Shown piece after piece: positions 19,083 through 28,750 of a stretch of 64,000 nt of DNA. The position numbers and the translations under genes were made by a program. This DNA is from Fidelibacterota bacterium (GTDB taxonomy: Bacteria > Fidelibacterota > UBA8477 > JABMPR01), in assembly GCA_016784025.1 (NCBI GenBank), contig JADHVL010000002.1:52490-116489 (forward strand). Reading direction: 5' to 3'. Numbering within the stretch: the first letter of the stretch is position 1; the number at the start of each line of letters is the position of its first letter. The notes under the pieces were generated by a model. The model was not told where the DNA came from and ran no database searches. It was given only the letters and a program-made list of their open reading frames with translations.

Positions 19083-20657
19083 TTATTCTAGCATATCCAT
19101 ATCCCTATTCCCGGGTTTAGGGTGAATGAAGATCAAAGCCATTAGCCCGCCCAGGAATGTTAGAAGGGAAGCTGTGTAAGCCACTCTATTAAACGCTAAA
19201 ATAAACGAAGTTTTAAAAAGGTGCTCTACGACTGTCTTCTGGTCATCTGGAAGCGAGGTAGGGACCTCAGCTCCTGCAAATTTTGAAGCTTCCAGCCTGA
19301 TCTCATTTTTAATCGACTCAGATATTTGCATAAGACCCAGGTTCTTCTCAACGGAATTGTTGAAGTAGAACAAAACAAGGGCCCCCAATAATGCTACAGC
19401 AAGTACACCGGCTGCTCTGGCCACAGTATTATTAATCCCCGATGCAATTCCCGCATTATTTGGAGAGACAGCACCCATTACTGCAGATGTCAGAGGTGCA
19501 ACTGTGATACCCATTCCCACGCCTAGCAGGCAAAAAGAAATAAAGAAGGTTTGCCAATAATCAACTGGACCCTGTGTGATCCCATAAGTTGAAAAAAGAA
19601 AAAAACCAGCACTGGCAAACAGGGGTCCTATAATGAGGGGTAATCGAACACCTCTCTTATCCACATATTGTCCCATAAGTGGAGATATACTTGCTATGGA
19701 GATAATCATGGGCAACATGGCCATCCCTGCATAAATCTCACTGTAGTTTTGAATCTGGATTAAATTCAAGGGTAAAAAGAACAAAGCACCACCTAGTGCG
19801 CCATAGACAAACAGAGTTAACAGATTACCCCCGCTAAATGTGGACGATCGGAATAATTTCAAAGGCATCATGGGATGTTTTGATGTGTACTCTACTCTGA
19901 TAAATGCCGTCAGAGCTAATATGCCTACAATGAGAGAGGTGATGATTATGGGATTTCCCAGACCTTGTTTGGGAGATTCGATAAGCCCATATGTAATGCC
20001 CACGAGACCAAGGGTCACCCACAAAGCACCCCACACATCTAATTTTTTAGCGTCAGGATTGACCGATTCAGGCACCTTGGCCAGCATGGTGATCAATACA
20101 ATAAGGGAAAGTGGGATGTTAATAATAAATATAATTCTCCACCACCCCATACCGGCTAACCAGCCACCTAAAATGGGCCCAAATACAGCTGTGAGGGCAC
20201 TAAAGGTAGACCAGAGCCCGATGGCGCGACCGCGACTATCTGATCCAAATTGAGAGCTTAGTATTGAAAGACTGCCCGGCGTCAGTAAGGCTGCACCGAC
20301 TCCTTGAAAGGAACGGGCAACAATCAATTGAAGTGGGGTTTGGGAGATGCCACAGACAAGTGAGGATAGGGAAAATAAACCGAGCCCCATCAAGAATACT
20401 TTATTGCGACCGTACAGATCTCCAAGTGAACCACCGACCAACAATAAAGCGGAGAGAAACAGGGCATACCCATTGATTACCCATAGTAATTGTGTCGCAG
20501 AAATGCCCAGGTCCTCTTGAAGAGCAGGAAGAGCAATATTCAGCGCTGTACTGTCTATAAACACCAGACTGGAGGCCAAAATGGTTGCCAATAAAGTCCA
20601 TTTTTGGGTTGCTGTGAAACGAGATATTTCACCCGATGGAGAGGATTTACCTGTCAT
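19083..20657 (-). CDS. MFS transporter, DHA2 (EmrB/QacA-like, 14 TM) drug:H+ antiporter family
   Basis: 524 aa with 14 predicted TM segments and an MFS motif A-like GRNKVFLMG/LGDLYGR region. Confidence 0.8.
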   Translation of the reverse strand: MTGKSSPSGEISRFTATQKWTLLATILASSLVFIDSTALNIALPALQEDLGISATQLLWVINGYALFLSALLLVGGSLGDLYGRNKVFLMGLGLFSLSSLVCGISQTPLQLIVARSFQGVGAALLTPGSLSILSSQFGSDSRGRAIGLWSTFSALTAVFGPILGGWLAGMGWWRIIFIINIPLSLIVLITMLAKVPESVNPDAKKLDVWGALWVTLGLVGITYGLIESPKQGLGNPIIITSLIVGILALTAFIRVEYTSKHPMMPLKLFRSSTFSGGNLLTLFVYGALGGALFFLPLNLIQIQNYSEIYAGMAMLPMIISIASISPLMGQYVDKRGVRLPLIIGPLFASAGFFLFSTYGITQGPVDYWQTFFISFCLLGVGMGITVAPLTSAVMGAVSPNNAGIASGINNTVARAAGVLAVALLGALVLFYFNNSVEKNLGLMQISESIKNEIRLEASKFAGAEVPTSLPDDQKTVVEHLFKTSFILAFNRVAYTASLLTFLGGLMALIFIHPKPGNRDMDMLE

Positions 20658-20757
20658 AATTTGTTCGGATCGGATAGTTCACCGTCAAGAGTTAAACCTC
20701 CCCTGCCCACTTGGTGAAAAATGTATGCCCGCTTACCTCCCACACCTTCGGATATGA

Positions 20758-21252
20758 TTACTCCTGTGAAGTTTCGGGTTTTGCCTTCAGGAAAAAAGCC
20801 ACAACAGCACTTGTGATAACTCCCATAACCGGTGCAAATATTGTACTCTGAATGATATAATTTTTGAGGTTGAAATATGCCTCTGCATCTGCCTGGGAAG
20901 TCAAGTTATTGGCAACTCCATAGGCTATGGCATTCTCAAAATAATGTGGACTAATGACATAAGCGGTAATCAGTTGTCCAAAGGGGCTTAACACACCAAC
21001 AATAAGTGAAATAACAACTCCACTCATAAAGCCCTCTTTGTATGTCATTTTACCACCAAAATCGGTGGCCCGCTTATTCCTTAAAGCGAACACATAAACT
21101 GCGATGGCAATAGGTGCAAAAACGTTGGTATAGGTTGCATGTTTGTCAATATGAGTACTATGAAGACCTGTAAGACGTTCCAGGAGCATCCAGACCAGGG
21201 TCACACCCATAAAGATGAGCCCCCATTTTATCTCTGTTTTATATTTCTGCAT
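20758..21252 (-). CDS. Small membrane protein (DUF4199-like, 4 TM)
   Basis: Hydrophobicity pattern; the family assignment is tentative. Confidence 0.4.
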   Translation of the reverse strand: MQKYKTEIKWGLIFMGVTLVWMLLERLTGLHSTHIDKHATYTNVFAPIAIAVYVFALRNKRATDFGGKMTYKEGFMSGVVISLIVGVLSPFGQLITAYVISPHYFENAIAYGVANNLTSQADAEAYFNLKNYIIQSTIFAPVMGVITSAVVAFFLKAKPETSQE

Positions 21253-21260
21253 GATGCCTC

Positions 21261-21638
21261 CTATTGCCTGGAGTGGATTCCGATGGAATTACCTTCACTA
21301 TCTTCAAGGATGGCCACAAAGCCATGTTCTCCAATGGCATGTTTGGGCACTAGGACCTTGCCTCCGGCTGCAACCACACGACCTTCCTCCTGAGCACAAT
21401 CGGCTGAGTTGAAGTAGACCATAGTTCCACCCTTGCCTGGTGAGTATCCATCACTCTTTACCAGTGCGCCAGCTGCATAAAGACCGTTTTCAACTCCAGG
21501 GAATCCTAAGAGCTGTTCACCACCAAAACTAAAATCTGTGAACTCCCCACACGCTAATACTGCCATATAAAAATTGACTGCTCTATCCATATCCTCGACA
21601 TAGATCTCAAACCAACCAACTACATTTGCTTGACTCAT
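21261..21638 (-). CDS. VOC-family (glyoxalase/bleomycin-resistance fold) protein
   Basis: GWFEIYVEDMDRAVNFY resembles the N-terminal VOC beta-alpha-beta module; 125 aa. Confidence 0.65.
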   Translation of the reverse strand: MSQANVVGWFEIYVEDMDRAVNFYMAVLACGEFTDFSFGGEQLLGFPGVENGLYAAGALVKSDGYSPGKGGTMVYFNSADCAQEEGRVVAAGGKVLVPKHAIGEHGFVAILEDSEGNSIGIHSRQ

Positions 21639-21737
21639 AATAGCTCCTTAACTTGAATAAATACATGACTCCAATGGTCACCTATTAATATTCACCTCAT
21701 TCAGATGAAATACAAGTCCGTTTAGAGTTTCAGCTTT

Positions 21738-22331
21738 TCAGCGACGATATTTATCAGAAAGACCCACACCATCCAGGATCATTGAAGTGATTTTTTCCAG
21801 GCGATTGAGTTTTGTTTCTACTCGTTTTGCGTTAGAAATATATTCAGCATACTCCCGTCGTTTTGAAAGGGTAAATGCATCAAAACTAGAGCGAAATTTT
21901 GTATCTGATTTTAAAACTTTCTCAAGTTCTTCAGGGATAATGAGAGGTTTCCTGGTATCTGCCTTGATTTCTTTACCAGACCTATGGTTCTCAATTGCCT
22001 CAAGAGTATAGGACCTCACAATGGTAGCATTTATCTCATCAATATGATGGAAGCGCATTTGTCGTTGAGCTTTAGTCACACCCTCCTGGGCATTTACTAA
22101 AAGCGCTTTTTCATCTTTGAGTAAAGCACCTTGGTAATACCATAAACTGACAAATGATTTATAACCACCAATACTAACAATGTTCTTTTTCTCATGCATG
22201 TAAACAGGACCACCCCACTTGATGGTCTCTTCTAAACCCAGTTCTAACAAAATCTTCCTAAGTTTTGATAGAGCCTCAGCCCATTGGGGTTGATTCTGGA
22301 TGTATTGTTCAACACTGGTGGCTCTATACAT
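21738..22331 (-). CDS. DUF1801 / YdeI-OmdA family protein
   Basis: N-terminal DUF1801-like region plus a C-terminal SKRREYAEYISNAKRVETKLNRLEK YdeI/OmdA-type segment. Confidence 0.45.
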   Translation of the reverse strand: MYRATSVEQYIQNQPQWAEALSKLRKILLELGLEETIKWGGPVYMHEKKNIVSIGGYKSFVSLWYYQGALLKDEKALLVNAQEGVTKAQRQMRFHHIDEINATIVRSYTLEAIENHRSGKEIKADTRKPLIIPEELEKVLKSDTKFRSSFDAFTLSKRREYAEYISNAKRVETKLNRLEKITSMILDGVGLSDKYRR

Positions 22332-22356
22332 GTTACGACTATTGGGAAGCCAGGAG

Positions 22357-23634
22357 CTACCTCCCGCGATGGCTCACAAGTTTATTCAGGAAAGTTGATT
22401 TTAGTGGCTCAATGGCCATGAGTGCTTTCACCGGAGAGGTTTTTTCAAGTACACTTAATACCCTGCCAAGGGTTCGATGACTAAATCCATCGTAGTCATA
22501 AAAGATTAAATCAGAAAGCTTGCCTCGCTCTATTGCCATGTTAGCATATTTATCGAAGCTACTTTCAGGTGTGTAGATTCTTTGTGGGCGTGCCTTCATC
22601 GTTGCAGAACCTGTGGTACAATAGGTTGGGCAGACACCGCAACCGAGACAAACCTCTTCATCCCTGGAAGCTTTCTGCTTCTTGCGCCCATTTTTTTCAT
22701 ATTTTACCATCTCAATGGCATCTACTGGACAGGCAGATTCGCATTTTGCACAACCGCTACAGGTTTCCTCATTGATATCCAGAATCCAGCTGGATGACAC
22801 GATGGCATTGTTCATATCAAAAGTTTTGATGGCCTCCATCATCCCACAACAACAGCCACAACAATTACAGATATAACTCAGATCGTTCTGAACATTGTCT
22901 CCCGTCTGAGCTAACCCAGCTTTCTTGCTCATTTCCAGAAGTCTCATGGATTCAGATTCTGAGATGTGCTGAGCCAGGCCATTGTGAACCAGAACATCTG
23001 CTGCCCCACCAAATGAGAGACAATTGCTTTGCTCATGGTCACATGCCGTGCCTAAATGTTCAGCTTTATGGCGACAGGCACACAGAGAAACCGCGTGCGA
23101 GCTGGCGTTTTTGACTACATGGGATGCGCGATCGTAATCCAGTATTTCAATGTGATCCCCCTGGGGCAAAGATTCTTCTCTGGGTAAAGACCGCCCCACC
23201 TGAGTTTGTCCCTCAAATACTGCCCGGCTGAAGCGATCATTCTCCAGCATATATTTTTCAAATAATCGGGCAATTTCGGCCATGGGAGCATCAGGTCTGG
23301 AGCGCATAAATGTATATTCAAAAAAACCGATGACCACAGGGGGGAGGGCAACATAACGACGACCTTTATGCTCGATATCCACCACCAGGCCGCGATGGGC
23401 TAAATCCTGAATCAGGTCATTCAGCTTGGCTTCATCCATCTTGAGTTTTTCAGCCAATTTGGAGGTACGAGTTGGTATGGTGGGGAAACGACGCACGAGC
23501 CGGGCTTCGTCAGGAGTGAATAGAAGTTCTAATATTTTGGTGAAGGTTGGTGATGCAGGTGCGCCTGTGATGTGACGATCAAAACGTTGCTGAAGTAGGC
23601 GATAGTCTCGGTGCTCACTGACAATATGTCCCAT
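22357..23634 (-). CDS. Iron-sulfur protein: N-terminal winged-helix-like region, a Cys-rich CNCCGCCCG segment and a 2x[4Fe-4S] ferredoxin domain
   Basis: CSGCAKCESACP and CLGCGVCPTYC are two CxxCxxCxxxCP ferredoxin motifs, with further Cys clusters upstream. The specific family was not recognised. Confidence 0.55.
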   Translation of the reverse strand: MGHIVSEHRDYRLLQQRFDRHITGAPASPTFTKILELLFTPDEARLVRRFPTIPTRTSKLAEKLKMDEAKLNDLIQDLAHRGLVVDIEHKGRRYVALPPVVIGFFEYTFMRSRPDAPMAEIARLFEKYMLENDRFSRAVFEGQTQVGRSLPREESLPQGDHIEILDYDRASHVVKNASSHAVSLCACRHKAEHLGTACDHEQSNCLSFGGAADVLVHNGLAQHISESESMRLLEMSKKAGLAQTGDNVQNDLSYICNCCGCCCGMMEAIKTFDMNNAIVSSSWILDINEETCSGCAKCESACPVDAIEMVKYEKNGRKKQKASRDEEVCLGCGVCPTYCTTGSATMKARPQRIYTPESSFDKYANMAIERGKLSDLIFYDYDGFSHRTLGRVLSVLEKTSPVKALMAIEPLKSTFLNKLVSHRGR

Positions 23635-23975
23635 TGTTCCCTCAAATTGAATTAGCGGATAATATAGGTGCGAAGCGCAACAATATATGCCCTGTTTTTA
23701 ATTGAAAGAGCTTGGCCTTGGGAGACCTTTTGCTATATTGCTCCACATGAGAGCTGGCATTCATGTGACCCCAAATTCCCCACTCATCTCCGACCTCTCA
23801 AAAACAACAACCCTGGCAGGTTATGCCTTAAACCGATGGAAGCTTCACAAGCGCTAGACCATGCATTTTAAGGTGGAACATATCAGTACCAACGCTTTCA
23901 CACCGGCACTGGCTCTACCAGCAAAACAGTCACCATCTAACTTACAGTCAATTAAAAGAAATATTTGAGGATTCT

Positions 23976-25598
23976 ATGGAAGCGCATCAAGCCAAACATA
24001 TCATTGTAACAGGGGGTGTCATCTCCGGTCTTGGAAAAGGTATTGCGGCTGCTTCCCTGGGAATGTTGTTGGAGCTAAAGAATAAGAAAGTCACTATCCA
24101 GAAACTGGATCCCTACCTGAATGTTGATCCTGGCACGATGAATCCATTTCAACACGGAGAAGTTTTTGTCCTGGATGATGGAACCGAAACCGATCTGGAT
24201 TTAGGTCACTACGAACGGTTTATTGATGCAGACATGACCAAGGCCAACAACAGTACGGCTGGTAGTATCTACTATGAGGTCCTGGAAAGAGAACGTCGCG
24301 GGGATTACCTCGGTGGAACTGTACAAATCATTCCTCATGTAACTGATGAAATCATTAAAAGAATTGAAAAGCCAGAACGAATTGATCCTGATCTTGATGT
24401 GGTTATCACGGAAATTGGTGGTACGGTTGGTGATATCGAAAGTCTTTCATTTCTTGAGGCAGTGCGCCAATTTCAACAGGCACGTGGTCGTGAGAATGTC
24501 ATCATCCTGCATGTTACCCTTATTCCATACATTGAAGCCAGTGAAGAGCTAAAAACGAAACCCAGTCAGCATTCCGTCATGCGCTTAAGAGAAATCGGTT
24601 TGCAGCCAGATATACTTTTCTGTCGCACACAGCACGAGCTAACAGATGATGTGAGACAGAAACTAGCCCTTTTCACAAATGTAAAACCCAATGCTGTCAT
24701 CCAGGGTCTGGATGCAAAATCAATTTATGAAGTCCCCCTCTTACTGCAAAAAGAACACCTTGCTGGTATTGTTATGGAAAAACTCCAGATGGAAAACGTT
24801 GAGTCTGATACCTCAAAATGGGAACAATTTGTTCATCATATTTTGAATCCAGAAGATGAAATCACAGTGGCCGTCGCAGGTAAATACACCGCCATGGTGG
24901 ATGCATATAAGAGCATCATTGAATCCTTTATTCATTCTGGAGTTGACAATCGCTGTAAAGTGAATATTGAATTTGTGGATGCTGAAGATCTTGAGTCCGA
25001 CTCTGGTTTGGAAAAAGTATTGGGGCATGTCCATGGAATTCTAATTCCCGGTGGTTTTGGCTCACGAGGTATCGAAGGCAAAATTCGGGCGGCTCAATAT
25101 GCCAGAGAAAAGCAAGTCCCGTTTCTGGGCCTGTGTCTCGGCTTGCAGGTAGCAGTCATTGAATACGCAAGGAATATGATGGGTCTTAGCGATGCAGACT
25201 CTGAAGAGTTTTCAGAAACCACTCCTCATCCGGTCATTCACCTCATGCTCTCACAACATCATGTGACCCACAAAGGTGCCAGCATGCGCTTAGGCGCTTA
25301 TGATTGTGTCCTGAAAGAGGGGACCAAAGCTTTCGAGGCCTACGGTGAAGTAAATGTTTCAGAGCGTCATCGTCATCGCTTTGAGGTGAACAATGCCTAT
25401 CGAGATCAATTGGAAAAAGCTGGTATGATCATTTCTGGAGCATCCCCGGATGATGAGCTGGTTGAGATGGTTGAAATAGCAGATCATCCTTGGTTTGTTG
25501 CAACTCAAGCCCACCCTGAGTTCAAGTCCAGAGTAGCTAAAACCCATCCCTTGTTTAAAGATTTTGTGAAAGCATCACTTCATTTTAAGAATCATTAG
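23976..25598 (+). CDS. pyrG: CTP synthase
   Basis: TGGVISGLGKGIAAAS in the synthetase domain and a GLCLGLQ class-I glutamine amidotransferase catalytic Cys; 540 aa. Confidence 0.95.
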   Translation: MEAHQAKHIIVTGGVISGLGKGIAAASLGMLLELKNKKVTIQKLDPYLNVDPGTMNPFQHGEVFVLDDGTETDLDLGHYERFIDADMTKANNSTAGSIYYEVLERERRGDYLGGTVQIIPHVTDEIIKRIEKPERIDPDLDVVITEIGGTVGDIESLSFLEAVRQFQQARGRENVIILHVTLIPYIEASEELKTKPSQHSVMRLREIGLQPDILFCRTQHELTDDVRQKLALFTNVKPNAVIQGLDAKSIYEVPLLLQKEHLAGIVMEKLQMENVESDTSKWEQFVHHILNPEDEITVAVAGKYTAMVDAYKSIIESFIHSGVDNRCKVNIEFVDAEDLESDSGLEKVLGHVHGILIPGGFGSRGIEGKIRAAQYAREKQVPFLGLCLGLQVAVIEYARNMMGLSDADSEEFSETTPHPVIHLMLSQHHVTHKGASMRLGAYDCVLKEGTKAFEAYGEVNVSERHRHRFEVNNAYRDQLEKAGMIISGASPDDELVEMVEIADHPWFVATQAHPEFKSRVAKTHPLFKDFVKASLHFKNH

Positions 25599-25764
25599 GA
25601 GCATCAGGCTTTAGATCCAGTTCGATCCTTTTTTAATAAAAAGAAGTCAATTTCACCAAAAATATATTTAATTTAAAGCCTGAACAGCTAACCCAAACTC
25701 AGTCGAATTCATCATCTTGTGCCGTTGGGCACCAATATCCAATTATCAAATTCAGGAGTATGTC

Positions 25765-26448
25765 ATGCAGGCAAAGACTGTAGCAAGTTCAGGTCATCGA
25801 CAGAGATTAAGAGATCGATTTTTCCAAAATGGGATTGAATCCTTCCATGATTATGAAGTCCTGGAGCTCTTACTCACCCTGGCAACGCCCAGGAAAGACA
25901 TGAAGCCCCAGGCCAAAGAACTTATCCGACGATTTGGAAGTCTGGCTGGCGTATTGGAAGCTCCTACCTCAGTCCTCCTCGATGTAAAAGGGATGGGCCA
26001 TACAAATGTTTTTGTACTCAAACTTCCCCACGCAGTTGGCCGGAGGTACTTATTTGAACAGGCAAAGGGCAAAGATTATCTGAGATCCAGTAAAACAGTG
26101 AGGGATTATCTAACCCATAACTTACGTGAAAGAAATCGTGAGATTTTTATGGTCATCTTCCTGGATGGTCAAAATCAGATTATCAAAATGGAGGAGCTTT
26201 TTACTGGATCGCTCACCACTTCGGCTATCTACCCAAGGGAAGTCATTCAAAAGGTCTTGAGCTATGATGCAGCCAGTGTCATTCTGGTTCACAACCACCC
26301 CTCAGGTTCACTCACCCCCTCTGGTAGTGACCGGGCTGTGACTAAAAAACTGAAAGTAGCCCTGGCTTCCATTGATGTAGAAATTCTTGATCATCTCATT
26401 GTAGGGGGCAACGATTTTTTCTCATTCGCAGATCATCGACTTTTGTAA
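25765..26448 (+). CDS. radC: RadC-family JAB/MPN (JAMM) domain protein
   Basis: ILVHNHPSGSLTPSGSDRAVT is an intact JAMM motif (HxH...S..D) preceded by an HhH-like N-domain. The in-frame Met at 25765 is preferred over the track start at 25717. Confidence 0.85.
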   Translation: MQAKTVASSGHRQRLRDRFFQNGIESFHDYEVLELLLTLATPRKDMKPQAKELIRRFGSLAGVLEAPTSVLLDVKGMGHTNVFVLKLPHAVGRRYLFEQAKGKDYLRSSKTVRDYLTHNLRERNREIFMVIFLDGQNQIIKMEELFTGSLTTSAIYPREVIQKVLSYDAASVILVHNHPSGSLTPSGSDRAVTKKLKVALASIDVEILDHLIVGGNDFFSFADHRLL

Positions 26449-26631
26449 GATCCCTGAGAAATTTTAATCGCAGCCAATAAAAGCTGGAAGCATATTCAAC
26501 GTGATGTCCAGTATTGTATCTTCTTATTTTATCTAAACCTACGACTCTACCAAACCATGTTTTATATTGACAATTATTAATTGTGATATATATTCTCATC
26601 ATTAAGATTCAATGACGACCGGGGAGATTGT

Positions 26632-27180
26632 TTGAGAAATATATATCTAATTCTATTGGTGGCAGGTTTATCATCTTGTGGTTTGCCCCCCAAAGCGGAT
26701 TCAAATCCGCACCACTCATCAAGGCGAGCTCACACAGGTAAATACATCACTGAACAGACACATGTTGCCGGTAGTCGCAATCTCTTTGTCCAGCCTGACG
26801 GCAAACATTGTCTTAACTCCAGTAAAGCAGTGACAGAATATTTTAATGAGCGCCATCGAGAACGTAATCGAGATGCTGTTTTTATTATTCTCCTTGATGG
26901 AAAAAACCAGGTTTTAAATATGGATGAGTTAGGCTCAGAAATCTTCACAGCACCATCAATTTACATGTCGGAAGTGACACAAAAAGCAACCGACATTGAA
27001 GCCACCTCTGTGATTCTTGTACAATGCCTCCCCACACGATCATCAACACCCTACAATAACGACCGAGAGCTTTCAAAAAATTTGAAACTGGCTCTTGGAA
27101 CCATCAATGTGGGCTTGCTTGATCATCTTATTATTGGCCGCAATAAGTGCTTTTCCTTTGCTGACAATCAACTTCTATAA
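26632..27180 (+). CDS. Degenerate RadC-like JAB-domain paralog with a lipoprotein signal peptide (predicted pseudo-enzyme)
   Basis: About 45% identical to the C-terminal 120 aa of the upstream RadC, but the JAMM motif is replaced by QCLPTRSSTPYNNDRELS. N-terminus MRNIYLILLVAGLSSCG has an LSSC lipobox. TTG start at 26632 with GGGGAG 5 nt upstream. Confidence 0.5.
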   Translation: MRNIYLILLVAGLSSCGLPPKADSNPHHSSRRAHTGKYITEQTHVAGSRNLFVQPDGKHCLNSSKAVTEYFNERHRERNRDAVFIILLDGKNQVLNMDELGSEIFTAPSIYMSEVTQKATDIEATSVILVQCLPTRSSTPYNNDRELSKNLKLALGTINVGLLDHLIIGRNKCFSFADNQLL

Positions 27181-27193
27181 AAGCGAAAATATT

Positions 27194-28141
27194 ATGAGAT
27201 TTCTTTTAGTTCTGGTGCTCATGCTTAGTCTTATTTCATGCAGCATGCTTCTACCTATCAAAGTTGACAAAGCTGGAGATATCAAGATTAAATCTACTCC
27301 AGAGCGGCTGGTTCGTGGTGAATATCTTGTTGAACATGTCGCTGGGTGCGCTGATTGCCATAGCCAGCGGGACTGGTCAATATTTATGGCTCCCTCTATA
27401 GCTGGAACACATGGAGCCGGTGGTGAGGTATTCAATGAAGCGATGGGAACTCCTGGGACCATCTATGCTCCCAATATCACGCCTGCAGCACTTGATTCCT
27501 GGACAGATGGAGAGATTGTAAGGGCGATTACCTGCGGAGTGAATAAGGAGGGGGTTCCACTTTCTCCTATTATGCCTTATCCTAATTATGCTCGAATGAG
27601 TCAGGAAGATATCTATAGTATTGTGGCTTATCTAAGAACGCTGGCTCCTATCGCAAACGAGGTCCCAAAGCGTAAATTGAATTTCCCTTTAAACTTGATC
27701 GTCCGCACCATTCCAAAACAGGCTGAGTTTGGTACTCTCCCCTATAAAACTGATGCCATCGCCTATGGGAAATACATGACAAACGCAGCAGGTTGCACAG
27801 ACTGCCATACACCAATGGAAAAAGGCCAACCAGTAGCAGGGATGGAATTCGCAGGTGGTTTCACCATGGGAATGTTATCAGGCGGTACTGTGAATTCAGC
27901 GAATATTACCCCCCATGAAACAGGAATTAAAAGCTGGACGAAAGAGGGTTTCATCCAGCGCTTCAAGGCTTTGGATATTCCTGCAGCGCGTGAAGTCCCT
28001 CTGGCAGCGAACCAGGTAAACACCCCCATGCCCTGGACATATTATGCGACGATGCGGGCTGAGGATTTAGGAGCGATCTACGATTATCTGAGAAGCATTC
28101 CTGCAATAAACAATACAGTTATCAAATACCCCGAACTGTAA
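27194..28141 (+). CDS. Diheme c-type cytochrome (two class-I cytochrome c domains) lipoprotein
   Basis: CADCH and CTDCH heme-binding sites about 145 residues apart, each followed by a class-I cytochrome c fold pattern. N-terminus MRFLLVLVLMLSLISCS has a lipobox. The Met at 27194 is preferred over the track start at 27095. Confidence 0.8.
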   Translation: MRFLLVLVLMLSLISCSMLLPIKVDKAGDIKIKSTPERLVRGEYLVEHVAGCADCHSQRDWSIFMAPSIAGTHGAGGEVFNEAMGTPGTIYAPNITPAALDSWTDGEIVRAITCGVNKEGVPLSPIMPYPNYARMSQEDIYSIVAYLRTLAPIANEVPKRKLNFPLNLIVRTIPKQAEFGTLPYKTDAIAYGKYMTNAAGCTDCHTPMEKGQPVAGMEFAGGFTMGMLSGGTVNSANITPHETGIKSWTKEGFIQRFKALDIPAAREVPLAANQVNTPMPWTYYATMRAEDLGAIYDYLRSIPAINNTVIKYPEL

Positions 28142-28150
28142 GGACTGGGT

Positions 28151-28747
28151 TTAGTCTTCTTGCTCTTCTTTCAAAATAATAACTGATTCTAAATCAGGAT
28201 GGTCACCCCTGATATCAGCATAAAACTCTCGGATAAGATCCATATCCTTCTTGATATCACCAGACGGAATAAATGCCGGGCCTGTCCCAGCTATTTTGTT
28301 GGCAAAATCTACATAGCCCAGCAAAAGCGGCACCTGGGCCTTATACCCCATATGATAAAAACCTGACTTCCAATGATCCCTTTTAGCGCGTGTCCCTGAT
28401 GGAGCCAGAGCAATAATTAAATTATCATTTGCGGCAAAATGATCTGCAATTTGATCAACCACACCATGGGTGCTTCGTCGATCAATGGGAATACCCCCCA
28501 ACCATTTCATAAACCCGCCAAAAGGTTTTTTAAACAGAGTATGCTTACCCAACCAGGAAATTTTTATACGCATGATAAACATGACTCCCAGGAGATGAAT
28601 AAAGTCCCAATTACTGGTATGAGGTTCACAAATCAGAATAAACTTACCCTGGGGTGACAGCTCACCCTTAAACTCCCATCCTGTTAGTCGAAACCAGGCC
28701 TTTCCCAGCATCAATTTTAAAAAGCCAGATCGTTTATTATTCTTCAT
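28151..28747 (-). CDS. Lysophospholipid/1-acylglycerol-3-phosphate acyltransferase family (PlsC-like)
   Basis: CEPHTSNWDF is the acyltransferase HX4D motif; 198 aa. Confidence 0.7.
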   Translation of the reverse strand: MKNNKRSGFLKLMLGKAWFRLTGWEFKGELSPQGKFILICEPHTSNWDFIHLLGVMFIMRIKISWLGKHTLFKKPFGGFMKWLGGIPIDRRSTHGVVDQIADHFAANDNLIIALAPSGTRAKRDHWKSGFYHMGYKAQVPLLLGYVDFANKIAGTGPAFIPSGDIKKDMDLIREFYADIRGDHPDLESVIILKEEQED

Positions 28748-28750
28748 GAT

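Noticed and set aside
25599-25764. Possible terminator after pyrG (T-tract near 25625-25640)
   Set aside because: The GATCC...GATCC elements are direct repeats, not inverted, so no convincing stem-loop precedes the T-tract.
27095-27193. Upstream extension of the cytochrome c ORF that overlaps the RadC-like gene
   Set aside because: The internal Met at 27194 gives a canonical lipoprotein signal and removes the overlap, so the extension is probably not translated.
27194-28141. Diheme cytochrome c as a bacterial cytochrome c peroxidase
   Set aside because: The CxxCH spacing fits, but each half shows the class-I cytochrome c pattern and CCP-specific motifs were not recognised. Called a diheme c4-like cytochrome instead.
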